A DNA stretch of 63,410 nt, filler included, from Reticulomyxa filosa (GCA_000512085.1; 18 parts of 18 records of this genome joined end to end with filler, not necessarily neighbours in it), one strand, 5' to 3'. Shown: positions 39,025 to 51,511, counted from the first letter of the whole stretch. The notes: generated from the letters alone by a model not told the origin. Numbers and translations are program-made.

Positions 39025-40195
39025 TAAACACTCTGGACAGGTACAGTTGGTCTACGAAAAAGACTCCAAAAATTACCTGTTTTGGACCCATTTGGATGAT
39101 GTCAACTCCATTGCTAAGTTCATGTCCAAATCTGGACAAGTTCAGAAAACTCAAACCGATCTCGAAAAACAAATCAAAGATCAAGATTCAAATAGTCCCG
39201 AAAAAGCTTTGACTCCACAAACCAAAGCTAAAAAACAGTATTATTATGTCAATGGTACAAACGAATAAATATATTTATACGTGTTTGTTGATTGGTTTGG
39301 GGAAAATTGGAGTCAGTCTTTTTGTGTGAATGCAGATCCTGGAGCAATGTCATTATTGCGTGCAAAACGATTTGAGAAGAAAGATAATGAGGTGATTGAC
39401 AACAAATATGCCATTGGTGATTGGTTGGAAGCGCAAGACTTGCGAAGCAGTCGTTGGATTCCTGGTAATGTAATCGATAAAGAAAACAATTGGATTGTGG
39501 TTCATTTCGATGGATTTTCCAGCAAGTTTGATCAAAAACTGCATGTAGTACAAATGAAAGCTAGACTACGAGATTTTGAACCAGGTCAAATTAGATTGAA
39601 AATTAAAGATGTAAGTCAAAAATTACATTTGTTTATTTACTTATATTTAAAAAAATTACATCAATCAATCCATCAAGAATTTATAAAAAAAAAAAGGATA
39701 AATCGGAAAACAAGTTGGAAAGTGAAAAAGAAGGAAATGATAGTTTTATTGAATTGAAAAAAGGATTAAAGAGCATTGGCTTATTTGACAAATATATATC
39801 AATTTTCGAAAAATACCAAATTAATGACAGCACATTACCACTTTTGGATAAACAACATTTGAAAGAAATAACAGAATTGACTCTTGGAGACAGAATTAAG
39901 TTTGCAAATTGGTTGAAGAATTACCAGTTATCATTGCAACAACGCAAAAATAATGGTAACAATGATCAAATATTCAAAATACACAAAGAACATCTTTGTG
40001 TGCTGTTATGAAAAACATGCGAATATGATGTTTATTCAATGTAGACACGTCTCTATGTGTGAATCTTATTCAAAACAAAGAAAAGATTTTAACACTTGTG
40101 TTTATGCACAAAAGAAGGAACAACCTTCAAAATCTTTAAGGCAATATAATTCAAAACAACATGAACAATATACTTTTATGTTGTCATTATTTTAA
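39025..40195 (+). CDS. MBT/Tudor-like + SAM + degenerate RING protein (introns 39255-39335, 39611-39696)
   Basis: YAIGDWLEAQD...WIPGNVID...WIVVHFDGFSSKFDQ (MBT-like), LKSIGLFDKYISIFEKYQINDSTLPLLDKQHLKE..LTLGDRIKF (SAM), and CCYEKHANMMFIQCRHVSMC (C3HC4-like, after a frameshift at ~40000). Confidence 0.72.
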
Positions 40196-40460
40196 AAAAA
40201 CTTGTCTTTTCACAAAAGAAAAACATACACAACAATTTTCAATTGCTGTCATAACAAAGGAATATTCAAAGTAAAACTTATTCAAAAAGGACAGATAATA
40301 TATCCGAAAACGGATAACATATGCTGAAAAATATCTAAAGNNNNNNNNNNNNNNNNNNNNNNNNNNNNNNNNNNNNNNNNNNNNTTAATTAATTAANNNN
40401 NNNNNNNNNNNNNNNNNNNNNNNNNNNNNNNNNNNNNNNNGGGCGGGGGAAACCATATAG

Positions 40461-41123
40461 ATGCAACTCTACCAACAAACAGCAAATATCATGCAACAAG
40501 ATTGCTTGAAAATGACAGATTTGCTCTTGACTGGGTCTAAGCAAGGAATTGTGGTAAACTTCAAGTCTAAACCAGAAACTTGTCTGTGCACGATTTGTAG
40601 TGTCCCATTGTCACGAAATCCTTTACGTGCAGACAATACCTCATGGAATGATCATGGCGAAATGACTTGGGAAGATGATGTTGTTACAAATCGCAATGGT
40701 TCACAACAGAAAGACAACATTAACAGCAAACTTCGTTTGTACAATAATGCACTGAGTGGTTTTCAAAACAGTGTCAAGTCATTTTTTAAGATGAGGGAAG
40801 ACCGAAAATTACTGGAAGAACAAAGAACTGGCAACAATAATAGCCTCAACAATGCCACAGCTGCCAATCCTATAATTGGTGGATTGTACTCCTTCTCTTT
40901 GGAAAGTGACGACAATAATACTGCTAACAATAATCTCGCAAATAACCAAAGTGCCTTTTCTATGATGGCACAATGGGCAGCTAAGTCCAGGGAATTACCA
41001 AATATTGAAGTGTTTCTTTGTGGACATTATTACCACCAAATTTGTTATCTCAATCATTCCACCAATATAAACAAAGGAGAGTGTATTCGTTGCTGTCCGT
41101 CGCTTATGAAAAAGCGCAAGTAA
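40461..41123 (+). CDS. VPS41: Second Vps41-like paralogue, terminal exon with RING-H2
   Basis: Collinear with ORF 24376-25104: DCLKMT, CTIC..PL.RNPL, KLR.YNNALSG.QNSVKSFFKMREDRKL, GGLYSFS.ES, PNI.VF.CGHYYHQ.CY.NHS, CIRC.PS.M.KRK. Confidence 0.78.
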   Translation: MQLYQQTANIMQQDCLKMTDLLLTGSKQGIVVNFKSKPETCLCTICSVPLSRNPLRADNTSWNDHGEMTWEDDVVTNRNGSQQKDNINSKLRLYNNALSGFQNSVKSFFKMREDRKLLEEQRTGNNNSLNNATAANPIIGGLYSFSLESDDNNTANNNLANNQSAFSMMAQWAAKSRELPNIEVFLCGHYYHQICYLNHSTNINKGECIRCCPSLMKKRK

Positions 41124-42187
41124 AAATCAGTCTTTTAAAATCACTTTTTTAAAATACGTAAAAAAAGTACATTTTTATGAGGTCATTGACTAATCTTGTA
41201 ATTTTCTTTTCTTCGTTTATGAAAGGTGTTTTAAGTTCTTGAACCAGCAACAGGGAAAAGTAAATAAACAATGTTTCAAAATTACTGTTTACACTTTAAT
41301 ATTTTAATCACTTTTTTCACATTTTATTATCATTGTGATTTTTAGTAAATGATTAAATGCATTCAATAACAACAATTTTTATTCTATTTACAATTAGAAT
41401 TGTAGCTAAAAAAAAAGATGAATTCCTATGAACATTTATGTGTTCTTCGTAAAAGATTAACATTTATTCAAAAAAAGGATTTTGAATAAATATTATTTTT
41501 CATGAAGAAACATATGAATGTCATAGGTTCATTTTAGGGGATCTTTTTTTAAGCTGCCAATTGTAAATAATTTTAAATTTTTAATATTTATTGAAAAAAT
41601 ATTATTTTTGGCGCATAATCATCTATTCTGTAAAAATGGTAAGTTTTGGAAAATGATTTTTTATTTATTGTATTCGTTTCTTTATCTGGTTTAAGACTGT
41701 TTGATGTTTCGTAAAATGGTGTCTTTGAAAAAATGAAAATAGTTCGATAAACTTTGACATAAAAATTTTTAATTTTAATAAAAAAAGACAAAATAATAGT
41801 ATTTGTAATTCATTTAACTTTTCCGGCATTCGTTCTGATATGTATCCAAAAAATTATTTACTAAGTTACCCATACTATCACTATTTTTTCTCAATCTTAA
41901 TTATTTATATTTCAATTTTTTTTTCATTGCTTTTACGCAGAATTAATTTCTTTTTAATTGCAATAGTCACAATTGTTAAACTTTTTTAATCAATTGTTGT
42001 ATGCCTCACAGTCAAAAAATAACATTGAACAAGTCAAATTTTTTAAAAAATAAAAATTATTGTAATTATATTTGCTTTTTATTCGTTGATTTTTAAATCT
42101 TTTACAGTATCAACGCTAATTTGAATACATTCACATTGGATGTCTTCGCCTTTCAAGGGGAATAATACTCACAACATCGACCACTCT

Positions 42188-42483
42188 TTGCGCAAGGAGA
42201 ATATTTTAGGTGCATTTTGCAACCAGTTTGAACCCATGTGGAGCGATTTTGCCACTTTTGAATTTTCTCCTTTCTAATACATTATACTGGTTGTTGGATG
42301 CATTCACGCCAAAAAATTCAAGTCAAAAATGGCAATGACACAAAAACTATGATCATTCAAGGCGTTGACGATAACTGAATACTTGTGGCTACCGATATCA
42401 ATGACAATAATACTTTGTATACTTTACATCCTGATGGATATTCGCTTTATTTGATGAAAGGCATGATTTATCGAAAACAGTTG
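42188..42483 (+). pseudogene. Biotin-protein ligase (holocarboxylase synthetase) C-terminal remnant
   Basis: Manual translation: LRKENILGAFCNQFEPMWSDF..FSPF/LIHYTGCWMHSRQKIQV...MIIQGVDDN*ILVA...TLHPDGYSLYLMKGMIYRK. This matches the HLCS/BPL1 C-terminus (W.HS.Q...G.D..G.L...PDGNSFD). One frameshift (~42272) and one TGA (~42376). Confidence 0.75.
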
Positions 42484-43319
42484 TTTTTTTTTGACAATAC
42501 AAACCACACAACAATTTCACAATTTTGAGATTTTTGTGGTTGAAGAAAGGTAATATTGTTTCAATCTATTTTACTCAAATAAATGCTCAATATTTTTTTT
42601 TAATTGAACTAGTAATCTACATTGTATTTACAGATCAATAGCTATTTAAAATGTTTATTTTTTAACAGATAAAAAAATAATTTTCCGCTTTTCGAATAAA
42701 AAATATAATTGTTGCTACATTTGTACAATTCATACAATGACTTTGGCCTTACAGTCGTTATTTATAATATATAATCATATACTCAACTAAACTATCATTG
42801 GACTATGGTCCAACTTAATCTAATATATTATATATGTATTATATATTAAAACGTTTATGAATATATACATCATTATGGCAACTTTTTTTTAATATAGATA
42901 TACATTCAAACTTATATATATTAAAAATAATTGTTAATAAATTACACTTTTTATATCATATTCAAAAAAATAAAAAGATTTACAATATTATTAATATTTA
43001 TACATGAATTCATAGTCAATTCTACAATGTACACAAGCAGTCTGAAAAATACTTTGCAGCCTTGAAAGTGTTAAATATCAAAAAGCAAAATTCCTCAAAA
43101 ACAGAATAAATAAGAAAAGTTAGTCGAAAGAAAAAAACGGCTTCAAGCTTCACTCTAATCTGCTAGCTATTTCATACACCCAACATTTTCCGTATTTTTT
43201 TGGCAAACAACTTTGGCAAGAAAAGGTCGATGGAAAACGTTATGTTGATATTAATAGTTTTTATAACTACAGCTACTTTGTTCGGGCTCAAACAACTCTA
43301 AATTTAAAAATCGAATAAG

Positions 43320-44532
43320 ATGTATCTTTCAATCTTTACTGTGATCTCACTTTTTTATTTAGGTTGTCTTGCTGGACCTCTTGGAATTACTCCATTTGGT
43401 TTGCGTCCCAAAGAATGTATCCACAGTGTAAGGTCTGGTTCTCACATCTTGAACGAAAAAGATTACATAGTCGTTACTCATCCTGATTTTCCTGAACAAG
43501 TAACAAGAATCCCCCGATGTGAGAGAGTTTTTGCCCACCAAAAGAAAATCAGTAACGTCGCTGTGGTTGATGGAGATGGCTGGCAACAATATGTGTGTAC
43601 AAAATGCTTGTTTTTTTTTAAAGAAAGCACATACTATGTATAGGTGCATATGATGTTCAGGTAAAATATCAAACCAACAACATTACACAATTCTTGGGGA
43701 AATGGACCGTCCCGAAGGTACCATCTCAGTTTGGAGAGGGAGTACTGTTTACCTTTACCGGATTGCAGGTTAGAAGACAATCGATAATTTCTATAGAAGA
43801 GAGGTTAAAAAACAAAGATAATATATACGTATTTTTGATTAACAACTATACACATTGTTAGAATATTGACTGGGTACCACCAAATCCTGAACCCAGCACC
43901 CCATTTGACATTATTCAACCAGTGTTGCAATATGGATACAGGTTTATTAGTATCATTGTTTTTTTGTTTTGTTTTTCAATTAAGTTTTATTGTTACAACG
44001 AAATAAAATCCAGTGATGCTGGTGGTGGCTTATACTGGGGAATGGCAAGTTGGTACGTGACATTGGGATTAGATGTAGTACATAGTGAATTAAAGCGTGT
44101 AGATAGTGGTGTGGTGATATTTGGTAATATGACAAAGACTGGCAATGACACGTGGTTTATTGATACCGTTGATACTTCAGCTAATGTTCATACGTCGATC
44201 ACTGTCTCAAGAAGCATTTTACAATCTCAGCCCTGGGCTTATGTCACTTTGGAGGTCTATGATATTTTTTCTTGTAATGACTATCCCGCCGATATTATTC
44301 CCTACACGGATCTGGAACTTTTTGTGGTTAAAACTATCATATCTTTTATTTGTTCTCATTTTCTTTGTCTAACACAAATAACACATATGCCTATCATCTA
44401 TTATCTTTGATTGTACAGCTAGGAGAGCTGACGACCCCTCAATGGATAGTTGGCACAAATGGACAAAGCCCGCCTATTTGTGAATCATCTATCTCAATTG
44501 AAGCTGCAAATACTATCACTATTAATTTCTAA
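43320..44532 (+). CDS. Secreted glutamic peptidase (G1/eqolisin-like fold), about 5 exons
   Basis: Signal peptide and propeptide (TPFGLRPKECIH.V), then FLGKWTVPKVP, LFTFTGLQ|N, IIQPVLQYG, WGMASWYV and YVTLEVY....C.DYP, with candidate catalytic Q and E. Confidence 0.65.
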
Positions 44533-45169
44533 GTAGTGGTAATCTATTTTTTAGATATTACCATATTTTCATTCGAAATGAATGACACCAAATAACTAAG
44601 TAAACTTGATTTTATGTGTCCGTTAGGATAAATCTTTAATTTGTAAATCTTTATGTGCTTCTCAAAGGATTTCATTTAGTTCTGCCAATGTTAACAAGAG
44701 AAATTCATATTAAGGTTGCATTGATTGTTCTTCTCATATTTAGTCCTATTTTGAACCTTAAGTTTTTCTCATAATCCAATACCCATTAATGAAACATTTT
44801 TATCAACAAACACTTTTATTTAAGCACAAAAACTTAGAATGACATAGACTTATGTGCCCAAACTATCATTTTGAAGCAAACACAATTGAAATAAGAATCG
44901 GGGTTGATGCACTTCCCCTAAGTAAAACAAATGTACAGATATATTTGAAATCTGAGCCAAAAATCATCAAAATGTGACCACACAAGTCAAAAGAAAAGTA
45001 AACAAGAAAAAACTGAACAACATACTTTGACATTTTTGGTGATTTACAACATCAACAGAAGAAGTTGCCAGTCTTTCCACATGTATGGGCAACAAAGGAA
45101 AGGGGAAAGTCAAAAATAAAAACCAAAAAAAAAAAAAAGCCGAATCCGACATAATAGAGACCAAGCTTT

Positions 45170-46805
45170 TTAATTCGGGCTGCGACTAAGTAAACCACCT
45201 ATTAGTTAAAAACAAGTAAAAAAATTGAAAAGGAAAAAGATAGTTGAACACGTAGAAATACCGTTGACAAGGCTTATTCCAATAACAATATGCTGAACAT
45301 CACCAAACACTCGTTCCACATTGTTTTGATCTGTCGCAACGGTGACATGACAATAAATTTGTCGTTTGTCGGACTTGTTTTTGATATTATATTGAGATTT
45401 GATATATTCCAAACATGGCTCATAGGTATTTTCTCCTTCGTATTCAGGAAAACAAACTTTCAATGGAATACGTTGGATTCTTTTGGCAAATTCGTCTTGT
45501 TTGTTTAAAAACAATATCATTGCTGTATTTTGCAGCCACTGCGAATTGCAAATTTCATCAAATAAGTCCAAACTGTCAATCATCGAGTTGCATTGTTCGT
45601 CTTCATACATTACCTGGTATTTGTAAACAAAAAAAAAAATACGTTACCATTACATTTGTATTTCTTTGTTTTCCTCTCTTTTTCTTAACAACTTAATGGA
45701 ATAGAGAGAAAAATAATTAAAAAACCTCGTTATAAGCGGCCAATGAGGCGACAAAAATAACCGCCTGAACATACTCAAAGCAATGAATCCACTTTTTTCT
45801 TTCACTGCGTTGTCCACCGACATCAAATATTTGAAACTTGGTACCATGAATGAACAATCTTTGCTCAACCACTCCTGTGGTTCGATGTCTCACTCTCAAA
45901 ATATCCTTTTTTTTTTTTTTTATAGTTTTATCTGATTAGTGTTCTTCGTCCAATCAAATTCACATCTTCAATCAAAATTTGTTGGGGGCAACATATACAT
46001 AAATACATGTACATATGTATATACATGATATAAAAGGGGAGATGAAGAAGAAGAACGGAAAATGAAAACAAACATACACAGACAAACCGCAGTATTTGGT
46101 GAATAATCAGCTTGTGCAATTCTTTGGACTTCGTTAAAAAAGTATTCTGACGAATCTTCCACTTTCAATATTCCCCGCTCTTCGAATGCTGCTTTGATTG
46201 CTTCTTCTTTCCATAATATTTGTACTGCTTTTGCCACATCCTCATCCACGACTGAGCCATTGGGCAGGTCTTGAATGTATTGAATGGCGTCGTCTGCTCC
46301 TTCACTTATCTATTATAATATCCCAAAAAAATATGCGTTACAAAATTTTGTCTTTTTTTTGTCCTACTATCCCCCTTTATTTCTTGTCACTCCTTTGTGG
46401 TTCTCTTTTTTTTCTTAACCTTCAAGTGTCCATATTTTTCTGATTTTGTCTCTTTCAACGTTTCGATTCCTAAAATAAGCTGTTTCATTTGTTCAATAAT
46501 TTGGGCTTGTATGTATTCTTTAAATTGTTGCTTGTCTGTTTCTTCAAATCCATCTCCGTGGACAGTCTTCAATTGTTTGAAGAAGGTGGATTTGCCAGAA
46601 CCACCTTTAAATATCAAATTTCATTTTTTTGGTATTTTGTTGTGGACGTTGAAAAAAATTTAACCCAAAAACGTACACAAATGGTTTAAAAAAACCTACC
46701 AGATCCCAAAAAAAGCAACTTCATTATTTTGTCATCCTCCGTCTTGTCCTCATTTAATTCTCTGCTAACGAGTATATCATCTTGATTAGAAGTTACACAA
46801 CCCAT
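45170..46805 (-). CDS. Heterotrimeric G-protein alpha subunit, complete, multi-exon
   Basis: MGC lipidation start, KLLFLGS|GGSGKSTFFKQL, DILRVRHRTTGV, FDVGGQRSERKKWIHCF, ILFLNKQD and HVTVATD. GT-AG introns join the exons in frame. Confidence 0.95.
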
Positions 46806-47869
46806 TGTCTTTCAGCGAGATTTTTATATATTTTTTTGGAGGACCACCGAAAAGGAAAGCTCAACCCATAATCCAAAAAGGTTAAAAATTTCTTTGGGAT
46901 ATGCATTGAGCTTGAACATAGAATTGAAGTGTTTTATTCACTTTAAAAACAAATTTTGCCAAAGATTTTGTGCTGGTTGCATATTTATCATCACTTTTTG
47001 AGGGAAAGAATCTATTGTACATATATAACAAAAATAAATACATCTAGCATTGAGCTATTTTAAACTTGTAATACACATGTTAATGAATCGATTTTATCAA
47101 AATCTAAGTCAGTTCTGAACTTCAAAGTTTTCAGGGAATAAAAAAACTTGGAACTACCAACACTTCTTGTTTTTGTTTTGTTGAATACTGTTTTTAATAC
47201 GGTCATCTTAGAAAATCTTGACATAATATATTGAACTCAATGCGCCAAAACATATTTGTTTGTGCCGCAACTACGCAACGGCGCACTAGAGTTGTTTTAG
47301 ACAATAGATTACTGACACGAACAAAGCGCATTGTTAAGTGAAAAAACGATTTTACTTTTTCTAATGTCAAGGATGTTCTCATGCGCATATTATGACGAGT
47401 TTGAACCTTTTTGGGTAGTGGAGTTGATGTAACATTCAAGAAAAGGAGAAACAATTTCTCCAACTGGAAGTTTTTTCTGGTTGGGGGATTGTCCTTTTTT
47501 TGGATTTTGCATTGATTCTATTTATGATAGGTTTTAAACCTTCTGAGACACCTTTTTTTTGTAACAATCAATTTGTTGGAGACGTTTTAAAACAAGACTG
47601 TTTGAATTGTATAGGAATCATTTTTGATTATGAAAGAGAAAGTGATCGTTTGAAAATCAACAATTGTAATTTTTTTTGTTTTGAATCGTAAATTATTTAG
47701 ATTTTTGTAGTGAAATTAAAAATTCAAAATTTTTTTGACAACTTAGTTTTTTGGTAATTCACAAAAATATTGCGTACAATGTTTTCGCGGACTCACATTA
47801 AGTATCAATAAATTGTACATTCACATTAGAAAACTATGTTTAAGGATCTAAATTAAATTTTCTTCAGAA

Positions 47870-49812
47870 TTTAGCTTTTGTTTGGAGAAGCATTGTCGGG
47901 TTGCTGATTTTTTTTTAAAGACGTTTTTTTAAAACTTTTTTTTTAGGAAAAGAATTCAAAACTTTTTTAGGTAGATTTGAATTTGGTTCTGAGAGATTCA
48001 AATTGGCCAACATATGCATTAAAGAGGATGATGCTAGTGGATCTGCAAACCTATTTTCGTGCTGTTGATGTGTTTTTGTGGTTGACTTGACTTGTTTTAA
48101 TGCGTGTTCAAAATCTGTCATTGTAATCGGCCGTAGTTTTACATTATTATTTCGAATGTGCTGACTATACGAGTCAATTACTCTTTCTTTATTTCTGGGA
48201 TTGTCTTTGTCAGTATTTTTGGATTGCTTTGAGGAAAAAATCCCAGGAGTTATAGTATACAATGATTTCCAAAAAGTGCTTTCTTCATTTTTGCTGTCAT
48301 TATCATCGGAGGTCTTTTTTATGTCGTCCTTTTCCTCCGCATTTGTTTTGTGCGCTTGCTTTTCAACATTACTATTGCGCACGTATTCTCGCAAAGGTAA
48401 TGTGGCTGCATACTTGCACAGTTCTTTCAAATCCGATCCTTTCCAAAAAAACATAAATCAGATATGATTTTCGTACATTACAATTGTAAAAAAAAAGATA
48501 AGAACGTGGCCCTTTTTTTTTTGTTAAATCACCTGAGTATCCGTCAGTGGTCTCAGCCAGTTTTTCCAAATCTACAGTGGTGTCATATTGTTCATATTGT
48601 AACAAGATATACAAAATGAGTTTCCTTGTTTTTTTGTCAGGCATATCGAATTCGTATTGTCGACCCATCCTTCGTAAAAAAGCTTCGTCTACTTCCTCAG
48701 GACGATTAGTGGCTCCCAAAATAATTACTTGGGATTTTTGATTTTCGCGCTTGGACGAGCGAGTATTGCCATAGTAGTTAGTGTCATAAGAGTAGTCACT
48801 ATCATCTGGTTGATAAGAACTGAAGTCATCCTCACAGTTATCACTCGAGGACGAGGCTAAGCCATCCCACAAAGATAAAAACAGTGCTTTATTGTACATG
48901 TCTGCTTGATGATCGCTACGACTTCGCTGCGAAAACAATGCATCGATTTCATCAATCCAAATGATCGAAGGGGCCATTTTCTTCGCCAATGAAAACAAGG
49001 CGCTTATGTATTTTTGACTATCGCCATACCATTTCGACATTAATCGACTCATGTCCACATCTTTTTTATATATGTATATATATTTTGAAAACTCAAAGGT
49101 TTTAAGGAGAAAGGGAATGAAAAAAAAACAAACAAACTGAAAAAAGTGGCATTGGTCTCTCTGGCTACGGCCTTGGCCATCATCGATTTGCCAGTACCCG
49201 GTACACCGTAAAATAAAACTCCCAATGGCGGTGCACACAGTCGTGATGTGTTGGTCAAGTCGGGATGCATCAACGGCACCAATACTGTCTCCATTAAATC
49301 ACTTTTGACCGCATCTAAACCGCCAATGTCATTGAATTGAACTTCAATTTGATTTGGCAGTATTATCATGTCCAGCAACGAATCTTCGTATGACGACGTG
49401 CCAAACATTTGGATTTTACGACCTGACGCCTTATATATGTATATGTATGTATCATACGCGTATATGTTCCTATTGAATTATTTTTATGTTGAAAATATTC
49501 CTTTTCTTATGTGATAGCTTTTTCTTCTTTTTCATTCACTTCTATTTTTTTTATTATTTTCGCCTTCACGCCTTCAGCAATTTGTTTACGCCCCACATGG
49601 CCGTCCACATCTGGTACTTGCTTTACCAATTGTGAAAACATATACCCTAACGATGCCAATGAACCACCGATCAATACAACCTCGGAAAAAAAAGACCACC
49701 AGTCTTTGGTATGTGTTATCACAAGATTTGTTTGAGGTATTTCCCTTGATCTTCCATTCGCATTTTCAGGAAATATAGAGTCAATATCTAAGCCTAGATC
49801 ATCACTTGCCAT
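47870..49812 (-). CDS. MSP1: Msp1/ATAD1-like membrane-anchored AAA+ ATPase, multi-exon
   Basis: N-terminal transmembrane helix, 'YE..L...IILP..I.V.F.DIGGL', GVLFYGVPGTGKS, SKWYGDSQK, IIWIDEID, KALFLSLWDGL, LGATNRP, DEAFLRRM and GYSGSDLKELC. Confidence 0.9.
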
Positions 49813-50287
49813 CCTCAATTCGCTTTATTCAAGGCGGTACGAACCAAAAAAAAATAGTTTGCCTTAGACAAACTGTTTACGATCACCAAAAATATTGATG
49901 TCTACAATATAAATGATCAGTGTGCATTAGAAAAAAGCGTAACACTGCAGATTTATTTTTAAAATTATGTTTACTCGAACTTACAACAAAATGTCGAAGA
50001 TACAAGTGTAAAAAAATTAAATAAACATTATCTTTAGTTTGTGAAATCTAGAAGAAACATATCTAATTAAAACTGAGAGACAACCACTGAAAAATGTTGA
50101 ATGCAGAGTACAATACAATAGCAGATCTTTCGAACAATTTCAACAAAAAAAATTGTNNNNNNNNNNNNNNNNNNNNNNNNNNNNNNNNNNNNNNNNNNNN
50201 TTAATTAATTAANNNNNNNNNNNNNNNNNNNNNNNNNNNNNNNNNNNNNNNNNNNNCGGTTAGCGGCCCATCATCTAGTCGGCTTGC

Positions 50288-51337
50288 TCACCTTTTTCGA
50301 GGCGGCTTGGGCAAATTCTTTGCTTCTTTCGCTAAGGCAGTGATGCGTTCATCTGCCTCACGGTGACGTTCTAGCTTTCGGCGCGTATCAAACTTCTCAT
50401 ATTGCGCCTCGGCGATGCGCTTTGCTTCAGAGGCTTTCACTGAGCCACCAGAACGCAAAACGGTTCGGCCTAGTTGACGCAATTGTTGATCTAAGAGGGA
50501 CTGTGCATCATGCATCATCACCAGTCTGCCTATGTCGAGTTGATCCTCGAAAATGTCGAGCAGTATGGTGGTGAGACGATTGAGTTCTTTGATCTCGCCG
50601 TCCGCTAGATAATTCTTTGACACTGCGACATCAGTCTTTCTGATGTTGTCATTTTGCCATGTTTGCAAACCCATGTTGTCTGATTGGTGATTCGCTCTGG
50701 TGGCGATGATTTCCGACGGGGTTCGGGATGTAACCGCAAAAACTAATTTGGCTTGTGTTCGCTGATAAAATTCGCGGGCGGCATCCGTAGTGCCATCGTA
50801 ATCTTGGCACAAAGCGCAAATCCGGCGCAGCTCTCGATAGACATTGGCTTCGTCAGAGCGAATATCGCGAATTATCTCGCGTAGCTCAGCGACCCGATCA
50901 ACGCTTTCAGGCTCTTTTAGGCGGCGGGCATCGACGACGAAGCCCTTCTTCGCAAACTGTACTAGGAGGCCGGTCGCCCAGCGGCGAAAGACAGTCGCTT
51001 GCGCAGAGGATACCCGATATCCTACCGAGATCACCGCATCTAGGTTGTAGTGGTCAAGCTGCCTCTCTACCGTGCGAGCTCCCTCCTGCCGAACTTGTGC
51101 AATCTTTGCACTTGTTGCCCCTGCATCAAGCTCACCCTCGGCATAGACATTAGCTATGTGCTTCGTGATGACTGAACGATCGACGCCGAACAGTCGAGCG
51201 ATCTGGGCTTGGGTCATCCAGAGGGTTTCGCCTTCGTAGCGAATGTCGAGCCGGAGCCCTTTGTCAGTTCCGTATACGAGAAACCGATCGCCGGTCTCTT
51301 GATCCTCTACAAGATGTACCGGCTCGTCGTCGGTCAT
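50288..51337 (-). CDS. rhuM: Bacterial virulence RhuM-family protein
   Basis: ETLWMTQAQIARLF...ITKHIANVYAEGEL, YNLDAVISVGYRVSS..AT.FRRWAT..L..F..KGFVVD..RLK, IRDIRSDE and VSKNYL...EI.ELNR. A GGAG Shine-Dalgarno sits 5 nt before the ATG at 51337. Intronless and GC-balanced. Confidence 0.92.
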   Translation of the reverse strand: MTDDEPVHLVEDQETGDRFLVYGTDKGLRLDIRYEGETLWMTQAQIARLFGVDRSVITKHIANVYAEGELDAGATSAKIAQVRQEGARTVERQLDHYNLDAVISVGYRVSSAQATVFRRWATGLLVQFAKKGFVVDARRLKEPESVDRVAELREIIRDIRSDEANVYRELRRICALCQDYDGTTDAAREFYQRTQAKLVFAVTSRTPSEIIATRANHQSDNMGLQTWQNDNIRKTDVAVSKNYLADGEIKELNRLTTILLDIFEDQLDIGRLVMMHDAQSLLDQQLRQLGRTVLRSGGSVKASEAKRIAEAQYEKFDTRRKLERHREADERITALAKEAKNLPKPPRKR

Positions 51338-51355
51338 AGGCACTCCGTTCTGATG

Positions 51356-51370
51356 GAACATTATAGCAAC
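51356..51370 (-). promoter_or_regulatory. Candidate -10 (GCTATAAT) of rhuM overlapped by an alphaproteobacterial LexA-like box
   Basis: + strand GAAC-ATTATAG-CAAC is 1 mismatch from GAAC-N7-GAAC. The minus strand has TATAAT at 51365-51360. No good -35 element. Confidence 0.4.
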
Positions 51371-51460
51371 ATTTGCTTCGTGCTACAGCGTTATGTTTCT
51401 TGGTCTGTGCAAGCACTCAAATGAGCTTGCGTCCCTATAGTTTGCCTCGGCTCAGATGGT

Positions 51461-51511
51461 CTAACGCTTCCAGAACTCGCGCGAGGCCAGCACGGCGCCG
51501 ACGGTGACCAG
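51461..51511 (-). CDS. 3' end of an upstream bacterial gene (LVTVGAVLASREFWKR*)
   Basis: High-GC3 codons ending in TAG at the contig edge. Weak resemblance to DUF1800 C-termini. Confidence 0.35.
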   Translation of the reverse strand: MVTVGAVLASREFWKR

